The notes beneath the pieces were generated by a model, which was not told where the DNA came from, ran no database searches, and saw nothing but the letters and a program-made list of their open reading frames with translations. Shown piece after piece: positions 40,676 to 52,240 of a stretch of 64,000 nucleotides of DNA. How positions within the stretch are numbered: the stretch's first letter is position 1; each line of letters opens with the position of its first letter. The DNA lies in NCBI RefSeq assembly GCF_018977255.1, contig NW_024704743.1:62684001-62748000 (forward strand), written 5' to 3'. A program made the position numbers and the translations under genes. The DNA comes from Callorhinchus milii. Its lineage: Eukaryota.

Positions 40676-40843
40676 CAGAATGCATTTCACAGTGTGAATG
40701 GCTGTGGCATCTTTGTTATTGGCAGCCCAATGGAGTGGGATTTTGCCCTCAATGTCTGGAATTCCTATATTGGAATCATGTTTTATCAGTAGCTTCACAT
40801 GCTCGGGGTGGTTGTAGTAAGCACTCCAGTGCAAAGCTGTTTG
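40676..40843 (-). CDS. INVS: Inversin exon (approx. human exon 5)
   Basis: tctgcag|CAA...CTG|gtaatg, 168 nt, phase 0-0; QTALHWSAYYNHPEHVKLLIKHDSNIGIPDIEGKIPLHWAANNKDATAIHTVKCIL. Confidence 0.97.
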
Positions 40844-41264
40844 CTGCAGAAATTAATAACAAAATAACATTGTTAGCACAGAACATATTATATCATTGTC
40901 ACTGCAGAACATACTTCATCATTGTCAGAAGAGTAATTTTAGGAAGGGTTAAAGATACATGGGATATTATACGTAAATATATTAAAATCAGTTTACAGTA
41001 TGCTTTCTGGGGTGGGGGAGAGACAAAGAGAGGGTGGCAAAAAAAGCTTTTAAACTTTTTAGAAAAAAATAATAATAATGGATGTCCCTTTAAAAGGAAG
41101 GGAAAGTCTGACTGGAGTAAAGCAAAGGTAAGTGAAAATTACTTATTTTTATACTGTACTTATCAATGTAAACCAATGATTATACTGAAGAGGCAATTTT
41201 CCAGTATTTTTGAAAAAAAACCTCAGCAAGTTTTAAAACTGTATGAACACAATATACAAGTTAT

Positions 41265-41640
41265 ATAATAATAAAAATGATCCTTGCATTTGATATAGCG
41301 CTTTTCACGTCTTCTAGATGTCTCAAAGTGCTTTACAGAATATACTGTAAAGTGAATTGACTGTATATTTGTGGGAGAAACTCGGCAGTCAATTGTGCAT
41401 AGGAGTGTCCCACAAACAGTCGTGGATTGAGTGACCACATTATTATTTTTTTTAAAAAGGATTATTATCCCTGGAAAAGTGATCCGCCAATCGACTTACA
41501 ACTGGGTTTCTACTTACTGCTAGGTAAACAGAGATGTGTGGAGTAAGGAAACTTGCCCAACATTTCGCCCTGCTGGGAATCGAATCCAGATTTCTCGCTT
41601 CTGAAGCAAGTGCTCTAACCATTGAGCTACATGACTCCAC
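41265..41640 (-). mobile_element. Composite SINE, long subfamily (tRNA head + complete CORE-like domain + Deu 3' segment + L2-like tail)
   Basis: Contains ttgggcaagtttccttactccacacatctctgtttacctagcagtaagtagaaacc; the 3' part of this block is missing from the short subfamily. Confidence 0.92.
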
Positions 41641-42014
41641 TTTATATATGATTATATAAAAGAATAATCATAATTCCTTAATTATTTAAGTTATATAATT
41701 ACAACCAAGCAATAAATTACTTTGAACTTGGAAGCCGTTTTTAAAGTAAGAAATTACTTTAAACACAAACAATTTTTTACAATGTCTTATAATCCTAACT
41801 ACAAAGCATTGAAATAACAGCAGTCACAAAGTCTAGACACTGGACCATGTCATATAGAAACACTCCACACAAAGCAGAGGAATACACTTCATTATTCTAA
41901 CCTCTTAAACTACCTGGTGGGGTGCTGCACAAATCTTAGCATAACATATTTTGCAAGCATTCCCTGATGTTAGTATTGTAGATAATAGTTCAACATGCAC
42001 TAAAATAGCCTTAA

Positions 42015-42272
42015 AACAGAACAAAGACAGTTAGAACGGAGGTCAGGGAGCATTTCTTCACGCAAGAGGGTTGTGAAGATGTGGAATGCTCTGCCCCAGG
42101 AAGCTGTAGAGATGGAAACAATAGGGATGTTTAAAAGAAAGACAGATATTTGCGTAATTAAGATATTGAGGGGTACGGTGAAATGGCATGGCTTTGGGAA
42201 TACAAGATCTAGCAAGATCCAATAAACAACGCAGGCTCGATGGGCTGAATGGCTTCCTCCTGTGTCATCTTT
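42015..42272 (+). mobile_element. CR1 3' end abutting the exon donor site
   Basis: FFTQRVV..WNALPQEAVE-like C-terminus and the 3' UTR caggctcgatgggctgaatggcttcctcctgtgtc. Confidence 0.85.
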
Positions 42273-42278
42273 TAGTAC

Positions 42279-42452
42279 CTTGTTTCTATCCTGTGTGTCA
42301 ACCTCTCCTGGTGCCATAAATTTCAGTAGCAAAGCCAAACACTTAGCACTTTTGTGGCGTGTGGCCAAATGAAGTGGCGTCATCTCTTCCAAATCCTTCT
42401 GCATCCAGTTTGCTCGACGACTAAGCAGCAGCTTCATGAAGCGGTAATTTCC
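42279..42452 (-). CDS. INVS: Inversin exon (approx. human exon 4), ankyrin repeats
   Basis: ttcctcag|GGA...AAG|gtacta, 174 nt, phase 0-0; GNYRFMKLLLSRRANWMQKDLEEMTPLHLATRHKSAKCLALLLKFMAPGEVDTQDRNK. Confidence 0.97.
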
Positions 42453-43420
42453 CTGAGGAAACAGAAAAATCATCAGCAAACCCTTTTCTTTAATAATTTA
42501 AACCCATCCTTTTACTTTAAAGAGGAACTTTTACTTTACTTTACCATCATTTTCCAGTGCATTCCCACCAGCACCAAACAGGAATCATCAATGCTACTTT
42601 ATGACAGAAACTAAATTCCATTCCGTAATATTTTATTTCTCAGGTTTTTCTACAATAAATTGAGGCAAATGGACTAAATAATCATCAAACGCTTACAAAC
42701 TGTTTCTTATTAAAACAATAAATCAGTGATCCAGATTCATTTTTCATACCACAAAAATTTGAGTAATCTCTGAAATATTGGTAAATTAGCCACAAGCTCT
42801 AAACTTGTTAATAATCCTTACATTTTATATAGCACCTGTAACGCTGAAACATGTCAAAGCATTTCACAATAATTGCTGTTAAGTATAATGGTTCTATAGA
42901 CACAGGGAAAGTGAAAGGAATTGGGATAAGGATGGATTGCTTCTTGAAGGAGCAAACACCAACATGAAGAAATGGACTGAACGCTCTGTACTGTACATTT
43001 CTATGGTTCTGTGATAGTAATGGTGTACTTTTGCCCACAATCACACTGCTGTTCAATATATCCTGTGAAGTGCTTTGAGACGTCACAACAATGTAATAAA
43101 GCGCTATATCAAATGCTAGGATTATTATTGTATATAGGCGAACATGTCAGCCAATTTGTGCACAGTAGTGTCCCGCAAACAGCCAAGAGTTAAATGGCGA
43201 ATATGACAGGAGGATTGTTGCCTATGACACTTCTACAAATGAAACAGAATTATATATTTTTATATACATAGATTTTAATTTTATCAAAGAAGTTTAAAGC
43301 TTGTAGTGTCTTACCAGAATTCAGAGGTGATTTAAATCCTATGCTATGAAAAATATTCTAGGATTTCTATCAGAATAATGCCAGCGAGTCTACATGAGCA
43401 GACAGAGCACATGTGGGGTG

Positions 43421-43909
43421 CTCAACCCTGGCTTAACTTGTCACTACCACTTAAGTCATCATGCTGTTCAATATCCTGCTCACATATATGTATTTATACA
43501 TATGCCTAAAAAGAAAGCACACGTGGCGATCTAAAGATATGTAGAAAAATACTTAAGCAAGCATATATAGAATAACTGTATTGTGTTTCTGTCCATTGTG
43601 GTTTCTGTGGTCTTCATCCCTATTATTTCCACGATTCTTTTGATAATCTTATACTTGCTGCACCTTACTTATGGAGAATAAAGATATAAAATAAAATATT
43701 TCTGCTGATCTACAAGAACGTATCAAGAGGGCATAATTAAGGATTACTATGGTACAATTGTAATGGCTGATTGTTTTTCTTCTGCATTGGAATTTCTATA
43801 CAATAAACTCCTGATAACTCAACCCTGGCTTAACTTGTCACTACATCTTAAATCATCATGTTATCAACATCCTAGTCACATTTATTTATATATTTATAGA
43901 TATGCCTAA
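43421..43909 (+). repeat. Diverged direct repeat of about 90 bp (43421-43509 and 43818-43909)
   Basis: Both copies start with an identical 27-nt ctcaaccctggcttaacttgtcactac and end in tatgcctaa. Confidence 0.9.
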
Positions 43910-44344
43910 CTCCCCACTCTGGATAACTTGTCTCTCAGCCCTTTTCACTTGGAGTGACAAGTTATCAGGAGCCTACTGTAATTCTATAAGTCAGCTCCCA
44001 ATAGTAGAATCTCTATCCGCTAGCTGTGGTTACAATTCTTTTCTTTCACCTTCTGATAAACAACCAGACAGTTCAATCAGATGTAAATTAAAGTCAGAAG
44101 AGATGCCTCAAGTAGCTGAACACATGACTATCATTCCAAACAGGAAAGTCATGAGCTCCAGCCTCAGGAATTACTTTCACTTCAATTGCCTTAATTGGAC
44201 AGCCTTGATCAACACTCAGTAGGTTTACTAAGCAAAATGCCAATAGCGTCATGTTCAATCTGAAAGGAAAGAAAAAAAGTGAGAGTGCCTTGCTTAAACA
44301 GCATTTCCAGTTAAATGATCATTGGGCAGTGAATTTAAGGAGAA

Positions 44345-44597
44345 AACGCAAAATACTGCAAATGCTGGAAATCTGAAACAAAAACAGAAGTCGCTGGGAA
44401 CACTCAGCAGATCAGGCAGCATCTATGGAGAAAGGAAAGTGAGTCACTGTTTCGGGTCCACGACCCTTCGTCAGAACGGATCATGGACTGAAAAGATTTG
44501 GGTCCATGACCCGTTCTGATGACGAGTCATGGATCCGAAACGTTGACTCACTTTCCTTTCTTCATAAATGCTGCCTGATCTGCTGAGTGTTCCCAGT
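44345..44597. mobile_element. Palindromic insertion, probably Penelope-like-derived, with hammerhead-ribozyme-like cores on both strands
   Basis: 12-bp TSD ATTTAAGGAGAA (44333-44344 and 44598-44609); 95-bp inverted arms 44394-44488 and 44502-44596 (85 of 95 identical); a CTGANGA..stem..GAAA motif in each arm. Confidence 0.8.
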
Positions 44598-44924
44598 ATT
44601 TAAGGAGAACCCACAGCCAAGGCTATTTTGGCTTGCTCAGGAAGAAAATCACAAAGCCATGTAACCAGTAGAAAGAAAAAGCTAATGATTTCCTAGGAAC
44701 TCACTGCAGGAAAGATCAACCTTGCTTGCTAACAAATAGTCATGTTAACTGGAGGGTTCCCAGTTAAAATGTCTTATGCCAATTCTAAAGACAAAACCAG
44801 ATGCATGTGCTTTACATGTCAAGCCTTACGTAACCTGAACATAAAGTGTATAAAGTCAATTCAGTCAATAATAGTTTATTTTTCATTATGAACTCAATAA
44901 TAAAGATAATAAGTGTCTTGGCCA

Positions 44925-45132
44925 ACAATGGCACTATTTGAAACAAGGGAGATTCTCTCTGTATCCTAGCCAACAATTCCCCAGATAAAATTGGACATTC
45001 ACTTCATGGCTGTTTGTGGGCCATTGCTGTGTGGAAATTGGATTCAGTGCACTATATTAGTAAATTTTGTGAAGTGCTTTGAGACATCCTTCCAATGTGA
45101 TAAGGTACTATATCAAATGCAGGGATTATTAT
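44925..45132 (+). mobile_element. Old Deu-SINE 3' half
   Basis: atggcactatttgaaa..gtatcctagccaacaatt..ggctgtttgtgggccattgctgtg..tail. Confidence 0.75.
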
Positions 45133-47209
45133 GGTTCATTATGGTAAATATAATGATGCTATAAAAGTACTTTGACCAATCCTCATCTTTAAGAAGGAAA
45201 TATTAATTTATACTTTCATTATCATATTAAAGTTCTGATCAGTGCCAGCAATAAAATAGTTCTAATACATAAAAATAAATTTGTCTAACAATTTTATAGC
45301 AACATCTTACACAATTCAGTAACAAAAATTAGTTTGATCAAACTTGTGGGTCAGCAGCAACAAGGGAAACATTTTCATCTTCTAAGTTGTCACAATTAGC
45401 TTTATGAAAACACCTGACTGGTAGCAATCAATAAGACCCAATTTCCTGCATGTTCAAAGACCACTTTCTACTTCCAAATTTTAAGATAAAAACATTGAAT
45501 AGAATACTCAGTGCCTCCTCTTGAAATGAAGCTGTACTTTTTCTGTTTGGTTGCCATAGGGAGTCTAACTATCTCATTCCTGTAACTTCTGAAATATGAG
45601 TCGGTCTCATGGAAATTAAACTTTATTTCACAGGAACACAATGAGCATCACCCCTTTTCCTGCACTGAATACGGTGATAATTCTTATTTTCAATGAATGT
45701 TGGATAAACAGATATACTATTGTATTGTGCATATGTGACACCCACCTCCTTTCAATGTTACTGAAGGAATTTTAATAAGTCAACAAACACATCACCATTA
45801 CCGTAACATTATCTTCACTTGGGAGAGCTGCTGCAAACTCAGATTTTCTTTATGGTGTTTTTTGATGAAAAAAATATACTCAAAATGAACAGGCTATCTG
45901 TGCATTTCCCTGGCACTGGCAAAATGCCATGCATGAATGCCAATCACAGAAGACTGACAGGCATGCTATACAATGATAAAAGTGCCATCTGGATAGAACA
46001 TTTTCCTTTATTTTATTATCTAAATCACCATGACGACAACATGACTGGCTAAATTTTAATATATTCACAGAGCTGTGAATAGATTTTGATCCTTTGTCCC
46101 TACCCAGCACAATCATCTATCTATATGCAGTTGCTGCTTGCCTTTGTGCCTATATTAAATTATTTCGACCTCAATGGTACACACACAGCGTGTTCTCTTG
46201 CACTGTCCAGAATACATTATTTTTGTCAGTTATTATAATGGATTAAGATGGCATTCGAAAACATTTCTGCATTGTACTATTAAGATTAAAAATGCACAAG
46301 TAGCAAGTTGCTTGACATTAAATGGGAAGAATTTTAAAACAAAAGGAAATGTTATACCAACAAGAGAGCAAGGGCCAGCACCACTACAGTCACAAGCATC
46401 ATCTCCAAATCCTGCAGAACTGCTGAGTAGAGATTTTTTAAAAAAAGTAACAGCTTTTTAAAAAAAATCTCAGTTTAACTATGCTGCTTAAATGAACTTT
46501 TACTGCCACAGTAACCACAGGAAGTCTTTGCATGACCCTATATAGGTTATTTCATTGGTATGAAAAGATTCTGAACACATTTAAAAATCCTGATGAAACG
46601 CTAATATTTAATTTGTGATTGACCATTTCTTTAATAGTTGAAACACTTTCAGAATGCCAAATAAAGTTATTACTGTACACCTTTCAATTTCTTTGAAGCG
46701 GTCTCAGGATTCAAAAATAAATAAAAACAAAGGCATTGAATCTCACGTATTGCTTGCACCACAATCCTTGGAGCTCATTAGAACCATAAAGTTGCTCTCT
46801 TGCAAATGAAGTTGCAATTGGCTATTTCATGTGGCTCTTTGTGATGAAATTTAAACAGACACTGCAAAAAAAAATCCATGCAATTCTGTCTCTGGGGACT
46901 TCCAACTCCTCCAGCATCAAATGGAGATGCTAAGTCACATTATTTCCTTTCGTGTTCAATAGTTCTGGTAACTGCACCTTTTCTGAATCATTGGGCAGTG
47001 AACAAAAATTTGAACTTCATTCATATCAACTTAAAATCTATTCTTTATTATGTTTAGAGGACAGTATATTTCAAAATATTTAAAAACATCATTATGTATT
47101 CAAGGCACTTCCATGTGAAATGTTTAGAACTTTCATGGCACAGGACCTCTTTGGAGTCCGATGTGAAAGGCGCTATATAGTGTAAATCCTCTGTAAGTAG
47201 TCTAAATCA

Positions 47210-48453
47210 GGGCTCCCTCTGCCTCCTTGTTCTCCTTGACCTCTCTGCCGCCTTTGACACTGTCGACCACTCCATCCTCATACACCGCTTCTCCGCTTTA
47301 CTCAATCTTCGCGGACCTGCCCTTGCCTGGTTCGATTCCTATCTCTCTCACCGCCCACTTTGTTGCCTCTATCGGTTTCTCCTCCAGCCCCCGCACTGTC
47401 ACGTCTGGGGTCCCTCAGGGCTCTGTCCTTGGCCCTCTCCTCTTTAATATCTACATGCTCCCCCTTGGTGACATCATCCGCAGACATGGGGTCAACTTCC
47501 ATATGTATGCGGGTGACACCCAACTCTACCTTTCTGCCTCCATCCTCAACTCCAGGACCACTGCTGTCCTGACAGACTGTCTGTCGGACATCAAGTCCTG
47601 GATGAGGGCAAATTTCCTACAATTGAATGTGAACAAGACCGAAGCCCTCCTGATTGGCTCACGTCAGCGCCTCTGCACCTCAGGCTCTGGCGACATCAAC
47701 CTCCATGGTTTCACACTACAACTCACCAACTCACCAGCCAGTCAGGGACCTGGTGTCTTGTTCGACTCTCAAATGTCTTTCTTCCCCACATCCAAGCCAT
47801 GACCCGCTCTGCCTTCCCTCACCTCTGTAACATCACCCGACTCCGCCACTACCTCACCCCTCAGGCCGCTGATACTCTTGTTCATACCTTCATCACCTCC
47901 AGGCTCGACTATGCACTCTCTGCTTGTCGGCCTTCCCAACTCCTCCCTCCACAGGCTGCAGATAACCCAGAACTCTGCAGCCCGTGTCCTCTCCCGCACC
48001 AAACTCCGTGACCCCATCTCCCCCACTCTCGCCCGACTCCATTGGCTACCTCTCCTTCAGAGGATCCAGTTCAAGATCCTGGTCCTCACCTACAAAGCCC
48101 TCATGGCCTCGACCCACCCTACCTCTGCGACCTCCTAACCCCCTACCAACCCGCCCATTCCCTCAGCTCAGCCGGCTCCAGCCTGACCCACCATTGGCAG
48201 GAGAGCCTTCAGCCACTCTGCTCCCCACCTCTGGAATTCCATCCCCCAGTCACTCCGCCTTGCCCCCTCCATAGCCTCCTTCAAGTCCCGCCTCAAGACC
48301 CTCCTTTTCGCCATGCCATCAGTCAACCCTCTTCCCCTCCCCTCCCTTACCCCCCTGACCCCAACTCGGGTTTGAAATGCTGTGCACTGTCCAGTGCCTT
48401 GGGACGTCCTCCCGACGTGAAAGGCGCTATACAAATGTAATCTTATTGTTGTT
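47210..48453 (+). mobile_element. L2 LINE, longest fragment in the window (RT domain to 3' end), inactivated
   Basis: [42 protein letters not shown] (YADD mutated), LNVNKTE, frameshifts, and an L2 tail. Confidence 0.95.
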
Positions 48454-51400
48454 GCAAATCAGTGATAGCCTCACCTTTCTGGTTGGCAAACAAAATAATC
48501 ATGGAAATGACAAAGTAGCATAGATTTATGCCAGAAATCAAGAATTATTCAATCAAGAAACATTTATTTTGTTGGCCAACCCAAAAGGTTGTCACTGGGG
48601 GAAAGGATGAAGGCAGTTATGTCTGAAAGTGTTTTTATTATAGAAACAATGCTAGATTTCAAGCGATGTCATTGGTAAGTATGAAGATTGCTACAAATGT
48701 TCTCTGCAGCTTAATTCACAAACTGAAATAAGCTTGAAGAAGATTGCTGGCAAATTATCTAACAATTCTCCAAATGTCTAAGTGCAAATCCACATCCTTA
48801 GGTGAAATACAAAGTTGTACAAATATTTAGGGTGCAGATCAGTATGTCCTATTATTGTAACAATAATAATAATTTTCCTTGCATTTGATATAGCGCCTTA
48901 TCCACATCTTTGAGACATCTCAAATATTCTCCCATCAAAGCAAGTTGCCCACTGACACACATCTGCCTCACCCAAATCAATAGAATCAATACTAACAACT
49001 GTTTTGCACCAGTTAACAATAAACTCATTGGATAAAGGGTATTGGTTCGCTCAGAGATGTAGGAGCTCAAAGAAACCAATGAACAAGTAGGACAAGTTAA
49101 TATTTCGGAAACCGAAATTCGTGAAGTAAACAGCTGCTAATAGCATTGGAAGCCAAGAGCACAGCTTGCAGGGGTATGTGATCTTCAATAATAGAGATCA
49201 CTGTAACATACAACTCCTAGGGATCCCTGTGGGGTAATAAAAGAATAATACTATTAAACAAATTGCACAAACACTGAAAACACTAGTAGCTTTAGAAGAT
49301 ATTGCAGACCTATGGACCAAATGAGCTCCTTGCATTCTAAACTCACACTGCGTTGATCCTCAAAAGTCCTGTGGCTTTGCAACTAAGATAGTAGACTTTA
49401 AAATAAAAGGTAGCATCATATAAGCCTCTAGATCTGACTGAGACATTGGACTCTGAGATACATCGGCATACATCTCTCAATGGATTTACTTCACTAGTGA
49501 ATTCAATCCAATTAAAAGCAGTATTTTATGGCAAGACCATAGCTTGCAAGGGACAATAACTAGCGTGTTTGCTTATCCAACATAAATCAGCTTAAAGCCC
49601 CTAACTCTTCACAAAAATGATCCTGATCTTTCAAGAACAAAAGTTCTTTCTCCACAAAATGAGGTTAGTCCAAACCAGGAGAAGAGGATAACATTCCACA
49701 CTTAAACTGAATGAATGAAGAGCACTTTGTTCGCTCACTTTTGTAAGGTTGAACCTGTCAAACCGTAATGAGTAAGACAAACAACAGACAAACAAAAAGC
49801 TGTAATAAATGTGTTTGATCACAGCCTTTCAATATGGATCAAGTTCAGCAGAATATTTTTATGTTGTTGCTTCCAGCGCCTTGGGATGTCCTCCTGATGT
49901 GAAAGGCGCAATACAAATGTAATCTTGTTGTTGTTATTGTTGATTATTAATACAATATCTAAGTGGACTGTTTTACATTAAGAATTGTTTACTTTCTTGG
50001 TTGCTTTCTTGAAGACCAAGTCAGAGTAAGGAATATATATGCACTGAAATGACACCGCTGTTTCACAGCATAAAGCAGCTTTCTCTCTGCTAGAGTTTCT
50101 TTATTTAACGTTTATTCCTGTTTTTAATTATTATAAAGTCTTTTCCACAAACCCGTTTGAAGGTCTTGATAAAAAAATGCAAAAAAAAGCTTAACTCTCT
50201 TTTTACACCACAGAATATCTGACATGAATTCAGTCTCTTTAAATTTAGTTCTAATATTCCGCTGATAATACAGTTCAATTTATGTCCAATAACTTTAGCA
50301 CCTATAATCAGCAGCAGGTGCTATCTTCTGAGTTGCACAATTATCCTAAAAATCTATTTTTAAGTGTTCAAAACTGTACAAAAGCAACACAATTTTGAAC
50401 TCAATTAAATGGCAGTTTCTGGAAGTCATTATGATTATGGGTATCCACAATGGGAGTCATGATCTCCAATATTCATCCCATTTCCATACACAGTCGGTTA
50501 TACCAACCGTCATTTTTGGACGCTTTCTATCTGGAACTCCAAAGGTCATCAGTCTTCAGAGGTCTTTTGCAGAGAAAGCCCTTACATAAATCATGGGAGA
50601 ACTGTCAGTTCATCATTCATTTTTTTAAACTTAGGAAAGATTGCCAGATGGATTACAAGTCTTTTTGGCCTGTACATTTCCAATGTCTCCATGCAATCCA
50701 TGGTAATCCTTCTCAAAAATAAAAACATTATGACAATTATGCACCATGACATATATATGTACTACTACGTTCCACTACAGCAACTCCAAAACATAATATT
50801 AAATTTTCTGGATCTTGCCCGTCTCCATTCCTGCTTAATGGCATTACCTGCTTTCTCAGTGTCAAAATGAAACCCTAAAGCAGTGTTGGTCTTTCATTTA
50901 ATCTTTGCTTCACAATGTTCTGTAAAAAATAACAGCATTTGCATTACTCATCTCAATAATTATTTTGCACACCTCTCTGCTTTGTTAACTGAAAAAAATC
51001 ATACTTGAAATGATTTCTTTAGACACATTATATTATGCTGTAATTAAAGTGTTATCTATGCAAAAAGCTTCAATTGGGAGAGGTTTAAAAACATAATAGA
51101 TGAAACTACATGTCATAATGAAACATTGTAATGATGGGTAGATCTGACCACACAATAATTGCAGAACAAATTCCTGAGTTAGTTAAGCACACAAATGGTT
51201 TAAATGTAATATGACACTCACATGGTGCTCTATAACTAGAAGGGCAAAGTGATTTTAGTTTTAAAACTTTTGGAGTAATCAAAGAAAATGTAAAGAAACG
51301 ATGGTGCAACTTTTTATTTCTGCATGCAAGTGGAGAAGAATACAATAAATTGCATATATATAGCATGTTTAACACAAGATAGTTTCTGGGAGGACTGAAA

Positions 51401-52029
51401 CTGCAGTCTCCTGTGGTGATGAATACAGATTTTGCATCCTTGTGGTTTTGAGGATTATGTAAGTAATGAGTTTTAATGCAATTATTCCACAATTTAAAGT
51501 TCTGCAGTTTAATTTTTTTTAATGTTTATATGCATAAGATACAATATAACAAACATACTGATTTACAATTATATATTTTTTGTCAGCCAGGTGTCTGATA
51601 CACACTGAAACCCACCACCAAGCTTAAGAATATCCAAACCACTGTGAAGCAACAGGGCAGTGTAGGCCAGAGCCCTCCCTGCTCTGCAGCTACGTTCCCT
51701 ATTTACAACAAATTAATCTCAATGCTTGATCATGGACTCCTCACCATCACTTGACTGGCAATGTCACTGCACTTGTGCGCAGAAAGCTGGCAAAACTCTA
51801 TTGGCACCATATGCTTCCAAATGTGTAATCGCAGAAAAGTACCCTTTGAAGCGTAACCCATACAATTTGAAGTGTGAAGGCATGATATCATGCTTCAAAA
51901 TGTGTCATCAAACCTCTCAACCTCTCACGTTATGTACGATGACACAATTTTGAATCACAACAACACTATTTGAAGCGCAACACACACAGCTTTTGTTTTG
52001 GAATTTTTCATACCTAAATGTCAGAATCC

Positions 52030-52240
52030 ATGCTGTATTTAAAATGATGAAGGGTTTTGATAGAGCATGGGGAGAGAAATTATTTCCATTGGTCAGTATG
52101 TCAGTGATAAGAGGGCATCAATTAAAGATGTTTAGCAAAAGGGAGAAAATTAGGTATTTTTCTTTACAAGAATTGTTAGGATGTGGATTGCCTTCTGATT
52201 GTTGTCATCGAGGCAGAATCCACCTGAATCATAAGGCAGA
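52030..52240 (+). mobile_element. Old CR1 3' fragment
   Basis: VFKMMKGFDRAWGEKLFPLVSMSVIRGHQLK. Confidence 0.75.

Larger units (their letters stand above)
4475..42452 (-). other. INVS: Inversin gene, partial: 9 internal coding exons join(42279..42452,40676..40843,38612..38792,33746..33855,27039..27210,13842..13997,9870..10099,7884..7990,4475..4684); both ends lie outside the window
   Basis: All exons have AG/GT boundaries. Lengths 174,168,181,110,172,156,230,107,210 give an uninterrupted 1508-nt frame, and the translation is nearly identical to vertebrate inversin as recalled (GNYRFMKLLL...RKDAAK). Confidence 0.98.

Noticed and set aside
40570..41268. 232-aa plus-strand ORF as a nested antisense gene
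   Set aside because: It overlaps an INVS exon in antisense plus AT-rich intron, has a non-ATG start and shows no recognisable domain.
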